From the NCBI GenBank assembly GCA_977017645.1, contig OZ360228.1:97278001-97342000 (forward strand): a DNA stretch of 64,000 nt. Direction: 5' to 3'. Within the stretch, counting starts at the first letter, position 1. Each line of letters starts with the position of its first letter. Shown one piece after another: positions 1 through 12,562 of the stretch. Below the pieces are notes generated by a model. That model worked only from the letters and a program-made list of their open reading frames with translations. It did not search any database and had not been told where the DNA came from. Made by a program: the position numbers and the translations under genes. Origin of the DNA: Torpedo marmorata. Taxonomy: Eukaryota.

Positions 1-335
1 GTTTAAAACTAATACTTAAGGGACTTGACTGAGTAGATGCAGAGTTGCTGTTTCCGTTGGTGTCATTAACCAGGTGTCACAGTCTGAATATGAGGGCTTG
101 GCAATTTAAAACAATTGAGAAATAATTACTTCACATTAAGTGTGGTGATCTGTGGAATTCACTATCAAAGAAGCTTGTGGAGGCTTAGTCACTAAGTACT
201 GTATTCATGACTGAGATTGATACATTTTGAGGTGTTAAGGGAATCAAAGTCATACGGGGTAGCTTGGAAAATGATGCTGAGGTAAAAGCTCTGCCATGAT
301 CTTATTGAATGGCAAAGTAGGTGCAAGGGGGATTA
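1..335 (+). mobile_element. Old CR1-type LINE 3' end fragment
   Basis: Degenerate CR1 ORF2 C-terminus/3'UTR phrases (gtggtgatctgtggaattc, gagattgatacattttg, ggaatcaaagtcatacgggg, gccatgatcttattgaatgg). Confidence 0.65.
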
Positions 336-724
336 AAAGACTTCTATTTCTTAAAATGTGGGAATTTTGAAATCCAATTTGTAAAATTTTAGTTTTTAAG
401 CCGATAAGAGTTTGTTAAGCAGTTATTATGGCTCAATATACTACAAAACATTTGGTTACTCATGTAACAAAGAATAACATTATTTTGTCAGCAAGAATGT
501 TTCTCACGTATTTTTAATCCTGGATAGTTCACAGATTTCTGAAGATGCTTCATTGTGAAGGCTATCATTCTCATAGTTTCACCTTATTCTCCTGGGCAGT
601 GCTGGAAGACCTTTCAAAGTAGTCCCAACTCCCTTGCTTTTTATTCACATTGCTACGTTTTTCCTTTTCAAGTCTATATCCAGTTATTTTGTGATAGTTA
701 CAACTGATTCTTCTTCAGAAGAGC

Positions 725-1430
725 TATACAGAAAGGCTGTTCGGCCCAATTTGTCCATGCTGACTAAGTTGTCTATCAGAGCTACACTCATTTTGCTTGC
801 ATTTGTCTCATTTCTCTCAAAATCTTTCCCATCCATGTCTAAGTGACTTCTAAATGTTGTAATTGTGCTTTACTCTACAGCTGCTTCTAGTAGCTTGTTA
901 CATATACCCACAAACCTATGTGTGGAAAAAAAGTTGTCCATCAGGCCCCTTTTAACTCTCTGGAAAAAGTGTGTCACCATTCACTTTATGCCCCTATTAG
1001 ATCATCAGCCTACTACAAGAGCAGGGAAAACAGTCCCAGGCTGTCTAATTTTTCTTCATAACTCAAGCCCTCCAGTCCCAGCAATATCTTTGTAAATCTT
1101 TTCTGCATCTCTTCTAGCTTGATGACATCCTTCCTATATAGTTTGGCAACTGCATACAATAATTCAGGTGTGGTCTCACCAACGTCTTGTACAGTTGTAA
1201 CTTAACGTCCCAGCTCTTGTACTGTGTGCCCTGTCCAATGAAGACAAGCACGCCAAATGCAACTTTCACCGTCCTGTCTACCTGTGTGGCAACTTTAGGG
1301 AATTGTGTACCCTTACCTCTGTTTTACAACACTCTCCATTTATATGTAAGTCCTGCCCTGGTTTGACAAAATGCAACACTTCACACTTGTCTGAGTTAAA
1401 TTCCATCTGCCATTCCTTGACCCACCCAGC
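725..1430 (-). mobile_element. Old CR1-type LINE fragment
   Basis: Reverse complement resembles the CR1 RT C-terminus and 3' end; many stops. Confidence 0.55.
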
Positions 1431-1743
1431 TCTTTCTAGCAGTGCATTCTAGATTTGTATTCAACTTGTGTTCTTAGTAATGCATTTGTGAATGGAATTT
1501 CTAATTGCTGTTTTCATCATCAAGTGAATATCAATGATAAGTTTCAACTGCATAATTTCTAAAATTGTCCTCAAAGCCAATAAATAGAACTTGTAAACAG
1601 TAATATCATAACAGCTACCAAGGAATCATTACCATGTAACCTAAAGAATACCAGATCTCTCCTTTTACCTCCAATTGTACATTACCTTGTAATCTGAAAT
1701 TTTGAAGTCCAAATTCAGATAAATATTAATTCTGGTTTTGTAG

Positions 1744-2397
1744 TTTCAGCAACAAGAGAAGGATGACATCAATTCTCATGCGCATGATCTGAATCACAAT
1801 ACAGCTTGCAGTACTCCATCAAACATTCAGCAACACGGAGAAGAAATCTGCTTTACTGAAACCACCCCAGCAAAGGAGACATCTTGGACAAATGATGGTG
1901 TGGAATTTGATTCTAGTCAAAGAGAGGAATTGGTTCCTCTATCAGGGAGTTGTGATAATGTGGTACAGTTACACAGTTCATCAGAAGGAACGGTAATAAT
2001 TCCACAGCTTGGGATGGACCAGCTGTCTCACAAAAGGTGCATGAATCCTGTCGAAGGGAGTAAGCTTATTAGTGAGGTTGAAATTGAAAGTCAATCAGTT
2101 ATTCCACCCTCAGACCTTGATATGCCACAAGCAAAGAATCCAATATCTCTGAATAATGAGTCCTCAGCCAGTTCTGACTGTGCAAAAAGGGAGAATGGTG
2201 ATAATGAAGTTCTTGATGAAGATGACCTTCCAGCTGATCAAATGAATGACAATGATTCAGAGTTTGTTAAACAAACAGCTCCATTCCAAATTCTGGAGGA
2301 GATTAATCCTGCTGATAGAAGTATTAAGGTTATTTCTGACCATTCAACACATGCTGCATTCACTTTTCAGAATACTGAACTTTATCAACTAGATTAA
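1744..2397 (+). CDS. DNAAF2: DNAAF2 (kintoun) terminal coding exon
   Basis: Acceptor ttttgtag ends at 1743 (a second in-frame AG lies 6 nt further on). Frame is open to TAA 2397. C-terminus IKVISDHSTHAAFTFQNTELYQLD* resembles the conserved kintoun end (AFSFQNSLLYDLD). Convergent with MGAT2 as in human. Confidence 0.88.
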   Translation, partial: FQQQEKDDINSHAHDLNHNTACSTPSNIQQHGEEICFTETTPAKETSWTNDGVEFDSSQREELVPLSGSCDNVVQLHSSSEGTVIIPQLGMDQLSHKRCMNPVEGSKLISEVEIESQSVIPPSDLDMPQAKNPISLNNESSASSDCAKRENGDNEVLDEDDLPADQMNDNDSEFVKQTAPFQILEEINPADRSIKVISDHSTHAAFTFQNTELYQLD

Positions 2398-2452
2398 ATA
2401 AATACTGTAGTTTTGTTTATTAATGCATCTTAAATGTACAGTATTATTGTAC

Positions 2453-2458
2453 AATAAA
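2453..2458 (+). terminator. Candidate DNAAF2 poly(A) signal AATAAA
   Basis: AATAAA about 55 nt after the stop codon, followed by T/GT-rich sequence. Confidence 0.55.
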
Positions 2459-2559
2459 ATTTAACAGTTTGTTTAGAATTTTATATATTAAGTGTAGTTT
2501 TTTAAAACAATTCATTAATGCATGAATGACTGATTCCTTAAATGACATAAAATGTGACA

Positions 2560-3825
2560 TATAAGGAGACTATTTGTCCCATCTGTCTGTGCTGGTCAAA
2601 AACATCTACCCACACCAATCTCACCTTCCAGTTCTTCGTGATACATCCAAGTACATTCTAAATGTGAAGAGTTCTGACTTGACCCTCCTTTCGGCAGTGA
2701 GTTGCGGATCCTAACCATCTCCGAATGAAAAAGCTTTCTTCATCGCCTCTCAGATCCTTCTACCAAATGACCCCTTAGTTTTTAGAATTAGAGTTGGACT
2801 GCCAGGAAACGAGCCCTTTGGCCCACTGAATCTGCACCAACGATCAAGCACCCATTGATGCTAATCCTACATTCTCAACAAATTCTCCCAGATTCTATCT
2901 CTCACCTATGTACCAGGGCCAATTAACATACCTACCCACACATTTTGAACGTGGAAGGAAACTGAAGCACCTGGAGAATCCCATGTGATCACAGGGAGAA
3001 TCAGGTCAGGTATGAACCTGAGTTACTGGAGCTGTACTACATGCAACACTGTGCCTCTTGACCCTCTGTCAAGGAAAATAGCTTTTTCCTATTTACTCTC
3101 ATAATCTTATACTTAAATATCCCTTCAGTCTGACCTGTTCCAATACGTCTATCCATTCTTGGCCATTATTGAAAATTTCCAGTTCTGCTTCTCCAATGCA
3201 ATGTGGTGATCAGAACACAACATATCTATCTTGTATTGATTATAGTTTTCAACTGCTTTGCTCTTGTATTCTATGCCTGTTTAAAAAAAACTATAGTGTT
3301 TTAAATCATCTTACCTTTCTTGCTACCTTTAAGGATTTATGGACATATATTCCATTTTCCACACCATACTGTACCTTACCCCATTCTTTATATTCCCCCA
3401 CCTTGTTGCACCTGTTGAAATGCATTACTTAACACTTCTACAGATTGAATTTCATTTGTCGTGCAACTGAAATCCAATTGACCAAATAATCTGTGCTACC
3501 TAAAGTGTAAAATTCTCACCTTCACCATGGCTAAATTTTGTGACAGTTAATACTGTTTTTTAACCATGGCCTATTTGTTTAAGTCTATGTTATTAATATA
3601 TACAACAAGTAAAGGACCAAGTACTAAGCACTGTGAAATTCCACTGGTAACATCTTCCAGTCACATAAACAACTCATTAATCATTAGTGGTTGCTTGCTG
3701 TCACATTGCATTTTGGATCCGTTTGCGATTCTCCCTTGGAATTTCACGGGTATTTACTTTTTTGACCAGACTGCCTTGTGGGTCTTTATTAAAATCCATG
3801 CAGTCTGCATCAAATATATTTCCTC
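2560..3825 (-). mobile_element. Ancient CR1 remnant with a nested V-SINE (about 2790-3050)
   Basis: Highly decayed CR1-like motifs; SINE core in reverse (ggaaggaaactgaagcacctggagaatcccatgtg). Confidence 0.45.
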
Positions 3826-3838
3826 ATTGACTTTCTTT

Positions 3839-4710
3839 TTTCTTTTCTTTTTAAATATTTTTATTGAGTTTCAACAATAAACGTATACAGAGTAAGAAAA
3901 ACATTTAAAAAATCAGCTGGTATTCATACATGTATATATATAAAAAAAACTAGGTAAATTGTCGTAACTAAATTCTGAATATAGGTTAATCTTAAAAAAA
4001 GAACAATTGAAAATAAAATAGAAAAATAAAGACACAAAAAAAAGATAAAAAACACTAATAACTAATCTATTCTAACCCCTCCCTCTAAGCAAGGTTATCT
4101 TGATGTTGGAAAAAAGAAGGAAAAGAACAAAAAAAAGGTATGGATCCTGTAGCGACCTCCAAGCATTGGACAGAGACTCCTCGGGATAGTCAGTTTTGTT
4201 AATTCTTCCAATCATGATAGTATTCAATGAATGGCCCCAGATCTTTAAAAATTGAAACTTTCTATCCTTGATATTATATCTAATTTTCTCCAAACTCAGA
4301 AAGGACATTACATCTGGTAACCACTGTCTATGTGTCGGTGATAACTCATCTTTCCATTTCAATAAAATTGCTCGTCTGGCAATCAATGTGGAAAAAACAA
4401 ACTTTTTCCTGTGATGCAGAAAAAGGTATGTTAAGTTCACGTGAAAAACCAAACACAGCAATTATAGGACATGGTTCAATATTAATCTTAAAAATCAATG
4501 ATAAAGTTTTAAAAGTATCCTTCCAAAATCTCTCTAGATTGGGGCATTCCCAAAACATATGTATCAGTGAAGCTTCAAAAATTTTACATCTCTCACACAA
4601 TGGATCTATGTCAGTGTATAAATATGATAGTTTAAGTTTAGACATTATTTTTTCTTTTAAACCTCAATAAATTCCAACTTCCTCACAATTTTCCCTTAAC
4701 AAATCCATGG
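3839..4710 (-). mobile_element. 5'-truncated L1-clade LINE
   Basis: ORF2 C-terminal zinc knuckle CERC...HMFWEC and IARRAILLKWK; T-rich tail at 3839; TSD tgactttcttt at 3828-3838 and 4711-4721. Confidence 0.85.
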
Positions 4711-4781
4711 TGACTTTCTTTGATGAATCTGCAACTTTCTGAATGAAAGTTGATATTGTTGCTCAGAAATGACTCAAATAC

Positions 4782-7382
4782 CACTGGACAACAAATTTTT
4801 TCAAAATGTTTGTTACCTGAAAAAAAATTGGGGATCATGAGAGACAACTTCAAGCTAAACTCAAAGATAATTTCAGATTTGCTGTATCACGTAGGAAGTT
4901 GGAGAAACATTAAATTAACTTTTGGTCTGGTTAAGAAGAAGAGGGAGGTGTATAGCAAGTATAGGCAACAAGGAGCTAATGAGGTACTTGAAGAGTACAG
5001 AAAATACTCAAGAAGGAAATCAGGAAGGCAAAAAGAAGACATGAGGTTGCTTTGGCAGATGATGTGAAGGTAAACCCGAAGGGTTTCTACAAGTATATTA
5101 AGAGTAAAAGGATAGTAAGGGACAAAATTGGTCCCCTACAGGATCAGAGTGGTCAACTATGTGTGGAGCCTCAAGTAATGGGGGAGATAAGTTTTTTTTG
5201 TTTTTTTTGCATCAGTATTTACTCAGGAAATTGGCATAGTGCATAAGGAACATGGAACCTATGGAGATTAAGGAGAAGGTGGTGCTTGCTGCCTTACAGC
5301 GATTAAGGTAGATAAATCCCCCGGGCCGGATATGATATTCCCTCGGACCTTGAGGGAAACTAGTGTAGAAATTGCAGGGGCCCTGGCAGATATATTCAAA
5401 ATGTCCTTAGCCACGGGTGAGGTGCCAGAGGATTGGAGGGTAGCTCATGTTTCCTGTTGTTTAAAAAAGGCTCGAAAAATAAACCAGGTAATTATAGGCC
5501 GGTGAGCCTGACGTCAGTAGTAGGTAAATTATTGGAAGGAGTTCTGAGAGATAGGATATATTGGTATTTGGACAGCCATGGGCTGATTAAAGACAGCATG
5601 GCTTTGTGTGTGGTAGGTTGTGTTTAACGAATCTTGTAGAGTTTCTCGAGGAGTTTACCAAGAAAGTAGATGAAGGAAAGGCTGTGGATGTTGTCTACAT
5701 GGACTTTAGTAAAGCCTTTAACAAGGTCCCACATGGGAGGTTAGTTCAAAAGGTTCAGACACAAGGTATCCATGAAGAGGTTGTAAACTGGATTCGAAAT
5801 TGGCTGTGTGGGAGAAAACAGAGAGTGGTAGTGGATGGTTGCTTCTCAGACTGGAGGCCTGTGATTAGTGGTGTTGCCTCAGGGATCTGTGTTGGGACCA
5901 TTGTTCTTTGTTGTATATATCAATGTGGTAAATTGGATCAGCAAGTTTGCTGATGACACAAAGATAGGAGGCGTTGTGGACAGCGAGGAAGATTTTCAAA
6001 GTTTGCAGAGGGATCTGGAGCAACTGGGAGAATGGGCCAAAAAATGGAATATGGAGCTTAATGCAGACAAGTGTGAGGTGATGCATTTTGGAAGGGCAAA
6101 CCAAGGTAGGACATACACAGTAAATGGTAGGGCACTGAGGAGTGCAGAGGAGCAGAGAGATCTGGGAATACAGATACATTGTTCCCTGAAGGTGGTGTCG
6201 CAGGTGGACAGGGTTGTAAAGAGAGCTTTTGGCATCTTAGCCTTTATAGATCAAAGTATTGGGTATAGGAGTTGGGATGTTATGTTAAAGTTGTTTAAGA
6301 CATTGGTGAGGCCAAATTTGGAATATTGTGTGCAGTTCTGGTCGCCTAACTACAGGAAGGATATCAATAAGATTGAAAGAGTGCAGAGAAGATTTACTAG
6401 GATGTTGCCAGGTCTTCAGGAGTTGAGTTACAGGGAAAGATTAAACAGGTTAGGACTTTATTCCTTGGAGCGAAGAAGAATGAGGGGAGATTTGATAGAG
6501 GTTTACAAGATTATGAGAGGTATAAACAGAGTGGATGCGAGTAGGCTTTTTCCACTTAGATTGGGGGAGATAAATACGAGAGGTCATAGTTTTAAGCTGA
6601 AAGGGGGAACATTTGGGGAAAGTTCGTCACTCAGAGAGTGGTGGGAGTGTGGAATGAGCTGCCATCTGATGTGGTGAATGCAGGCTCGATCTTGAGTTTT
6701 AAAAATAGATTGGATAGATACATGGATGGGAGAGGTCTGGAGGGTTATGGAGTGGGAGCAGGTCAGTGGGACTAGCAAAATAGTGGTCGGCACAGACTAG
6801 AAGGGCCGAATGGCCTGTTTTCTGTGCTGTATCATTCTATTGTTCTATGGTTCTATTGAATTTAGCACGTTTAATCGCATAATGATGCTGACACATTGCG
6901 TTAGTTTTGCCCAGGATTTGTCTTGGTCACCAATTTTACAACTGAAGTAGAGCTCATAGGCTTTCTTAATAAGTGCAGTTATGTTGCATCTTTGAGCCTT
7001 AAGTGTATTCTCGCCACAATTGTAAAAGAATGATCACAGCTGTTGCGACATTGACGAGACATTTCTGCTGTATTGAATCTTCCTGAAGACAATAAATGCT
7101 ATTGTTAAGTACACTCACTATGCTATTGCCTGAAGAACATGCGCATCAACATGCGTTCAATCTATATCAATGTAATTCACAGCATCTGTATATGTAAACT
7201 GCTTTTATAGTCTGTCTGCATCAATCCTGACTAATATGACAGGAAATCACTAAAATAGGTTATATCTTTAAAAAAAACTGTACGTGATAGGAACATTTTA
7301 AGGTGATTTTTGTGATCAGCAGCCCAAAATCCATAAAATACACCCAAAACTGTTCAGGAAGCAAAATCTTTGTTGTCAAGTG
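4782..7382. mobile_element. Chapaev3-like (CMC) non-autonomous DNA transposon, interrupted by a CR1
   Basis: TIRs CACTGGACAACAAA at 4782 and TTTGTTGTCAAGTG ending 7382, followed by TAA; termini collinear with the copy at 24504. Confidence 0.65.
4924..6855 (+). mobile_element. CR1 LINE, 5'-truncated ORF2 with frameshifts
   Basis: RT motifs YRPVSLTSVVGK, VVYMDFSKAF, PQGSVLGP, KFADDTK, LVRPNLEY; (TTCTA)n-like tail. Confidence 0.92.
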
Positions 7383-7659
7383 TAATTTTCCCAACACCAA
7401 AGTTAAACTAACTGGCCAGAAGTAACTATTCTCTCCAAGCTTCTGGCACCTCCCCTGCACCACGGGAAGAATGAATCCAGAATATCCTCTTTTTTAGTAG
7501 CCTGGGGATATGTTATCCTGATGATTTATCCCCTTGCAAAAATGCCAACTTTTTCTATGTTTCTCCCATACAATATTTCTTACTCTTTCTCCTTAACTAT
7601 ATTAACATTGTCTTCTCATGAAGACAAGGGAAAGAACCTCATCCATTTTCTCTCATCTG

Positions 7660-8082
7660 TAAACATAGAAGTTTCAAAACAGATAGAGAGGGAAGTAAAA
7701 GAGGGGGGGGTGGCATTGCTAATTAGGGACAGTATCACAGCGCAGAAAGGGAGGATGAGGACGCCATGGAGGGATCATCTCCTGTGTGGCTGGAAGTCAA
7801 AAACAGGAGGGGCACAATCACTCATTGGGAGTGTTCTATTGGGTCCCACCCCACCTAATAGACACCAGGCCACTAAGGACCAGGCCAGATAACCATGCAG
7901 ATTTTGGAAAGATGCAAAACTAACAGGGTTGTTGTCAGAGGGAACATCAGATTCCTTAATACTGATTGCCACCACCTTAATGCAAATCGGTTAGATGGAG
8001 CAGAATTTGTTAGGTGTGCCCAAGAAGGATTCCAGACAGTAAGTTGACAGACCAACAAGAGGAAAGGCCATACTGAATGTAG
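7660..8082 (+). mobile_element. CR1 endonuclease-region fragment (target of Gypsy element A)
   Basis: Degenerate GGGVALLIRD and CAQEGF...RPTRGKAIL motifs. Confidence 0.6.
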
Positions 8083-8939
8083 TGTTATGGACCATGACTG
8101 ACCATTTGGACTGCGGACGGTCAGCAGGAAGGATGAAGTCTTTTGGAGTACACACTGGGACCAGGTACTGAAAGAGTTAACTTGCCCAGGACGGGGTGTA
8201 CTCAGAGAGAGACACACAGAGAGAGAGACAGGCTGTGGAAAGATACTTTGTTGCACTTTTGCAAAAGCAGGTGAAATATTCTGCAAAAAGCATTTAGTCT
8301 GGAGTTGCAAGAGGCTGGAACAACACAGCCAAATCCAGGCTTGTGCATCCCAGGGGAAAAGGCACATGGCCTCCTGTATCAGCAAAATCCTGAGTCAAAA
8401 CAACTTTCGTGGAGAACAGGCATGAGATCAGCGAGACCGGCTGTGAGATCCAAGTATACGCCTCAATCAAACTGATTTGGAATCGCAATCCTCGTGTATC
8501 TACCAAAAGGGAAAGTCATCAGAGAAGTAAAGCAGGCCAAGCATTCGTAAGCTTAAACAGTCATTGTCTCCCTCTCTCCAACGTTCATTAAGAAGTCCTT
8601 CGTGCCAGCTGAATTTGGACCCTGAACATAGAGTGATTTTTGTGGACTGTATTTTTAGGACTGACTTATTTTTATGACTGGCCTGGGGGTTTTGGGGAAG
8701 GTTTTCCATTTTTACATCAGGGTTGGGCACAGACTGTAATGGTCTGGGCTTTACACATTTACACACACACACTTACACACACACACACACACTCTTTAGA
8801 TACCAATAGTGTTTATAGTCATTTATAGTGGGGTTAATTGTTAAGAAATTATATGTTTAATTGTCTTTAATAAATATAAATCTCAATTTTACCACTTTTG
8901 CATTGCGTCTTCTCTCATTGCTGGTTTGAGTTTGTAACA
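8083..8939 (+). repeat. 5' LTR of Gypsy A (857 bp)
   Basis: TGTTA/TAACA ends, (CA)n tract, AATAAA near 8868; near-identical to the other LTRs in the window. Confidence 0.93.
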
Positions 8940-8942
8940 AAT

Positions 8943-8960
8943 TGGAGGCTCGTCCTAGGA
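8943..8960 (+). promoter_or_regulatory. Primer-binding site, tRNA-Pro type
   Basis: TGGAGGCTCGTCCTAGGA directly after the LTR, similar to TGGGGGCTCGTCCGGGAT; copy B has TGGGGGCTCGTCCTGGGA. Confidence 0.85.
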
Positions 8961-9437
8961 TTGAATCAAGATCCAGTTTGGTAATTGAAGGAATCCCAGT
9001 CTGATTTAAGACATTCCTTTTGTAAAGCTAATTAAAAGCTGTGTGTGTGTAACAAAAAACCAGCAACAATGGATGTAGAATTTTTTTTGGAATTACCTGA
9101 TCCTGATACTTTAAAAAAGGCTAAAAAGGAACAGTTAGTGGCTATAGCAACAGAGTTGGGCATTGCTTCAGTAAAATCATCTATGAAAAAGTTGGAGATT
9201 GGGAGAATAATTGCCAAATATTATATAAAAGGGAAAAAGTTTGAGGAGAGCGTGTTAGAGCAGTTTCCCAAGGGTAAACCTTTTGAAAACATAGAGTTGG
9301 AACTAAAGAAATTGGAATTGGAACAAAAGTTTAGACTTGGAGACAGCCAGGGAACAAGAGATTAGACTTAAAAAACACAAATTCTGGAGAAACTCAGCAG
9401 GTCAAACAGTGTCTTTTATGTAGCAAAGGTAGAAATA

Positions 9438-9478
9438 CATAACCGACGTTTCGGGCTTGAGCCCTTCATCAAAGTATG
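9438..9478 (-). ncRNA. Minimal type I hammerhead ribozyme motif (Penelope pLTR)
   Basis: cauacu-UUGAUGA-a-GGGC-ucaa-GCCC-GAAA-C-GUC-gguuaug. Confidence 0.75.
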
Positions 9479-11847
9479 AGAAAATGCCGGCAGGCGTCCG
9501 AACAAAAGAGTGAGGGGGGAAGGGGCGTGGCAAAGGCAGGAGATGATAGGTGGAGAAAGGAGGGAGGGGACAGCTGCAAAGAGGGGGAGGAGGGATGGCT
9601 AGGTAGGAGGAGAAAAACAAGAAGGACAGGTGAGGGGGGAGGGGAAGGGAACGACAAGCAGGTTTAGTGGAAAGCAGAAAAGTCAATGTTAATGCCATCT
9701 GGCTGGAGAGTGCCGAGACGGAAAATGAGATGTTGTTCCTCCAATTTGCGGGTAGTCTGGGTGGGATAGTACATAAGGCCATGGACAGACATGTGAGTGT
9801 GGGAGTGTGACCCAGAATTGAAATGGTTGGCTACTGGGAGGTCGCTGTTGTTGCGGACGGAGAGGAGGTGCTCAGCAAAGCGATCTCCCAATCTACGACC
9901 GGTCTCTCCGATGAAGAGAAAGCCACAAAGGGAGCACCGGATGCAGTAAATAAGTTCTCTGGATGTACAAGTGAAGTGTAGTTTCACTTGGAAGGCCTGT
10001 TTGGGGCCCTGGACCGTGGTGAGGGGGGAGGTGTGGGCGCAGGTGTTGCACCTCCTGCGGGCACAGGGGAAGGTGCCGGGGGTGCGATGGGTGGTGAGGG
10101 ATGAGTGCACGAGTGAATCGCGGAGGGAGCGGTCCCTACGGAAGGCCGAGAGGGGAGGAGAAGGAAAAATGTGTCTGGTGGTGGGATCCTGTAGTAAGTG
10201 CCAGAAATTCTGGCAGATAATGTGTTGGATGCGGAGGCTGGTGGGGTGGTAGGTGAGGATGAGGAGGATTCTATGTTTGTTGCGTCAGGGGGCCAGGGCA
10301 GATGAGCGGGAAATGGAGGAGATGCGGGTGAGGGCTGAGTTGATGGTGGTGGAGGGGAAGCCACGTTTGTGGAAAAAGGCAGACATTTCAGAAGATCTGG
10401 AGTGGAACACCTCATCTTGGGAACAGATGCGGCGGAGGCGGAGAAATTGAGAGAAGGGAATGGAGTCCTTGCAGGGGACAGGGAGTGAGGAAGTGTAGTC
10501 TAGATAGTTGTGGGAGTTGGAGGGTTTGTAGTAAATGTTGGTGGAAAGCTTGTCTCCCGAAATGGAGACAGAGAGATCCAGGAAGGGGAGAGTGTTATCA
10601 GAGATGGACCAGGTGAGTTTGAGATCGTGGTGGGTCGGATGCGAATTGGATGAAGTTGACAAGCTCATTGCGGGTGCATGAGGCAGCCCCGATGTAGTCG
10701 TCGATATAACGGAGGAAGAGATGAGGGGTCTTGCCTGTGTAGGCTTGCAGCATGGATTGCTCCACAAAGCCCACAAACAGGCAGGCGTAGCTGGGACCCA
10801 TGCGGGTACCCATGGCTACTCCTTTGATTTGGAGGAAGTGGGATGAGTTGAAGGAGAAGTTATTGAGAGTGAGGACAAGTTCTGCCAGGCGGAGGAGGGT
10901 GGTGGTAGAGGGTGACTGGTCGGGTCTTTGGTCCAGGAAGAAGCGAAGTGCTTTCAGACCTTCTGTGTGGGGGATAGAGGTATAAAGGGATTGGACATCC
11001 ATGGTGAAGATGATGCGGTCCGGTTCAGGGAATCTGAAGTCATTGAGGAGATGAAGGGCATGTGAGGTGTCGCGGATGTAGGTGGGGAGGGATTGGACCA
11101 GGGGAGAAAAGATGGAGTCAAGGTAAGATGAAACTAGTTCGGTGAATTTTTCACATTTTTCCTTCTCCTCCCCTCTCGGCCTTCCGTAGGGACCGCTCCC
11201 TCCGCGATTCACTCGTGCACTCATTCCTCCCCACCCATCGCACCCCCGACATCTTCCCCTGTGCCCGCAGGAGGTGCAACACCTGCGCCCACACCTCCCC
11301 CCTCACTACGATCCAAGGCCCCAAACAGGCCTTCCAAGTGAAACTACACTTCACTTGTACATCCAGAGAACTTATTTACTGCATCCGGTGCTCCCTTTGT
11401 GGCTTTCTCTACATCGGAGAGACCGGTCGTAGATCGGGAGACTGCTTTGCTGAGCACCTCCTCTCCGTCCACAACAACTGTGACCTCCCAGTAGCCAGCC
11501 ATTTCAATTCTGGGTCACACTCCCACACTCACATGTCTGTCCATGGCCTCATGTACTATCCCACCCAGACTACCCGCAAATTGGAGGAACAACATCTCAT
11601 TTTCCGTCTCGGCACTCTCCTGCCAGATGGCATTAACATTGACTTTTCTGCTTTCCACTAAACCTGCTTGTCGTTCCCTTCCCCTCCCCCCTCACCTGTC
11701 CTTCCTGTTTTTCTCCACCTACCTAGCCATTCCTCCTCCCCCTCTTTGCTGCTGTCCCCTCCCTCCTTTCTCCACCTATCATCTCCTGTCTTTGCCACGC
11801 CCCTTCCCCCCCTCTCTCTTTTGTTCGGACGCCTGCCGGCATTTTCT

Positions 11848-11888
11848 CATACTTTGATGAAGGGCTCAAGCCCGAAACGTCGGTTATG
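11848..11888 (+). ncRNA. Minimal type I hammerhead ribozyme motif (Penelope pLTR)
   Basis: catactttgatgaagggctcaagcccgaaacgtcggttatg. Confidence 0.75.
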
Positions 11889-12562
11889 TATTTCTACCTT
11901 TGCTACATAAAAGACACTGTTTGACCTGCTGAGTTTCTCCAGCATTTGTGTTTTTTACTTCAACCACGGTGTCTACAGATTTTCATGTTTTACAAGAGAT
12001 TAGACTTGGAGGTAGCCAGGGAACAAAAGAAATTAGACAGGGAATTGGAACAAAAGAGATTAGACTTAGAGAGAGAGGAGAACATTAGGCAAAATGAACT
12101 GGAAAAGATTAAGTTGGAAAATGAGAGGAGACAAAAAGAGCACCAAGATCAAATTCGTGGTCCTGTTGAGAGGTTTTTGGCCAGTAGAGAAGTTAGGTTG
12201 GTTCCTCCATTTGAGGAGACGGAAATAGATAAGTACTTCCAGCATTTTGAGAAGGTGGCTGTGAAATTAAAATGGCCACAAGACCAATGGTCTCTTATGT
12301 TACAAAGTGTAATTAAAGGAAAAGCTCAGCAAGCTTATTCTACTCTTACCACGGAGCAAGCTGCTGATTATGAAATGGTGAAAAAGGCTATACTCCAGAC
12401 TTATGAGTTAGTTCCAGAGGCTTATAGACAGAAGTTTAGAAATTTAAAAAGATCAGCAACCCAATCTTACACAGAGTTTGCCTATGAAAAGGTTGTGTGT
12501 TTTGACCAGTGGTGCACATCTAAGGCGGTAAACAATGATTACAATCAATTGAGAGAATTGAT

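Larger units (their letters stand above)
9370..11990. mobile_element. Penelope-like element with inverted structure (RT 3' part and GIY-YIG on -, 9370-11144; inverted 3' copy on +, 11152-11990)
   Basis: RT motifs GVAMGT and RYIDD; GIY-YIG motif IYCIRC...YIGET; 16-bp TSD acaagagattagactt on both sides. Confidence 0.92.

Noticed and set aside
7873-8828. Recurrent ORFs such as MLIQEAMC.../MENRHEISETG... (also at 21, 31, 36 and 40 kb)
   Set aside because: Incidental frames inside LTR copies; lengths and stops differ between copies
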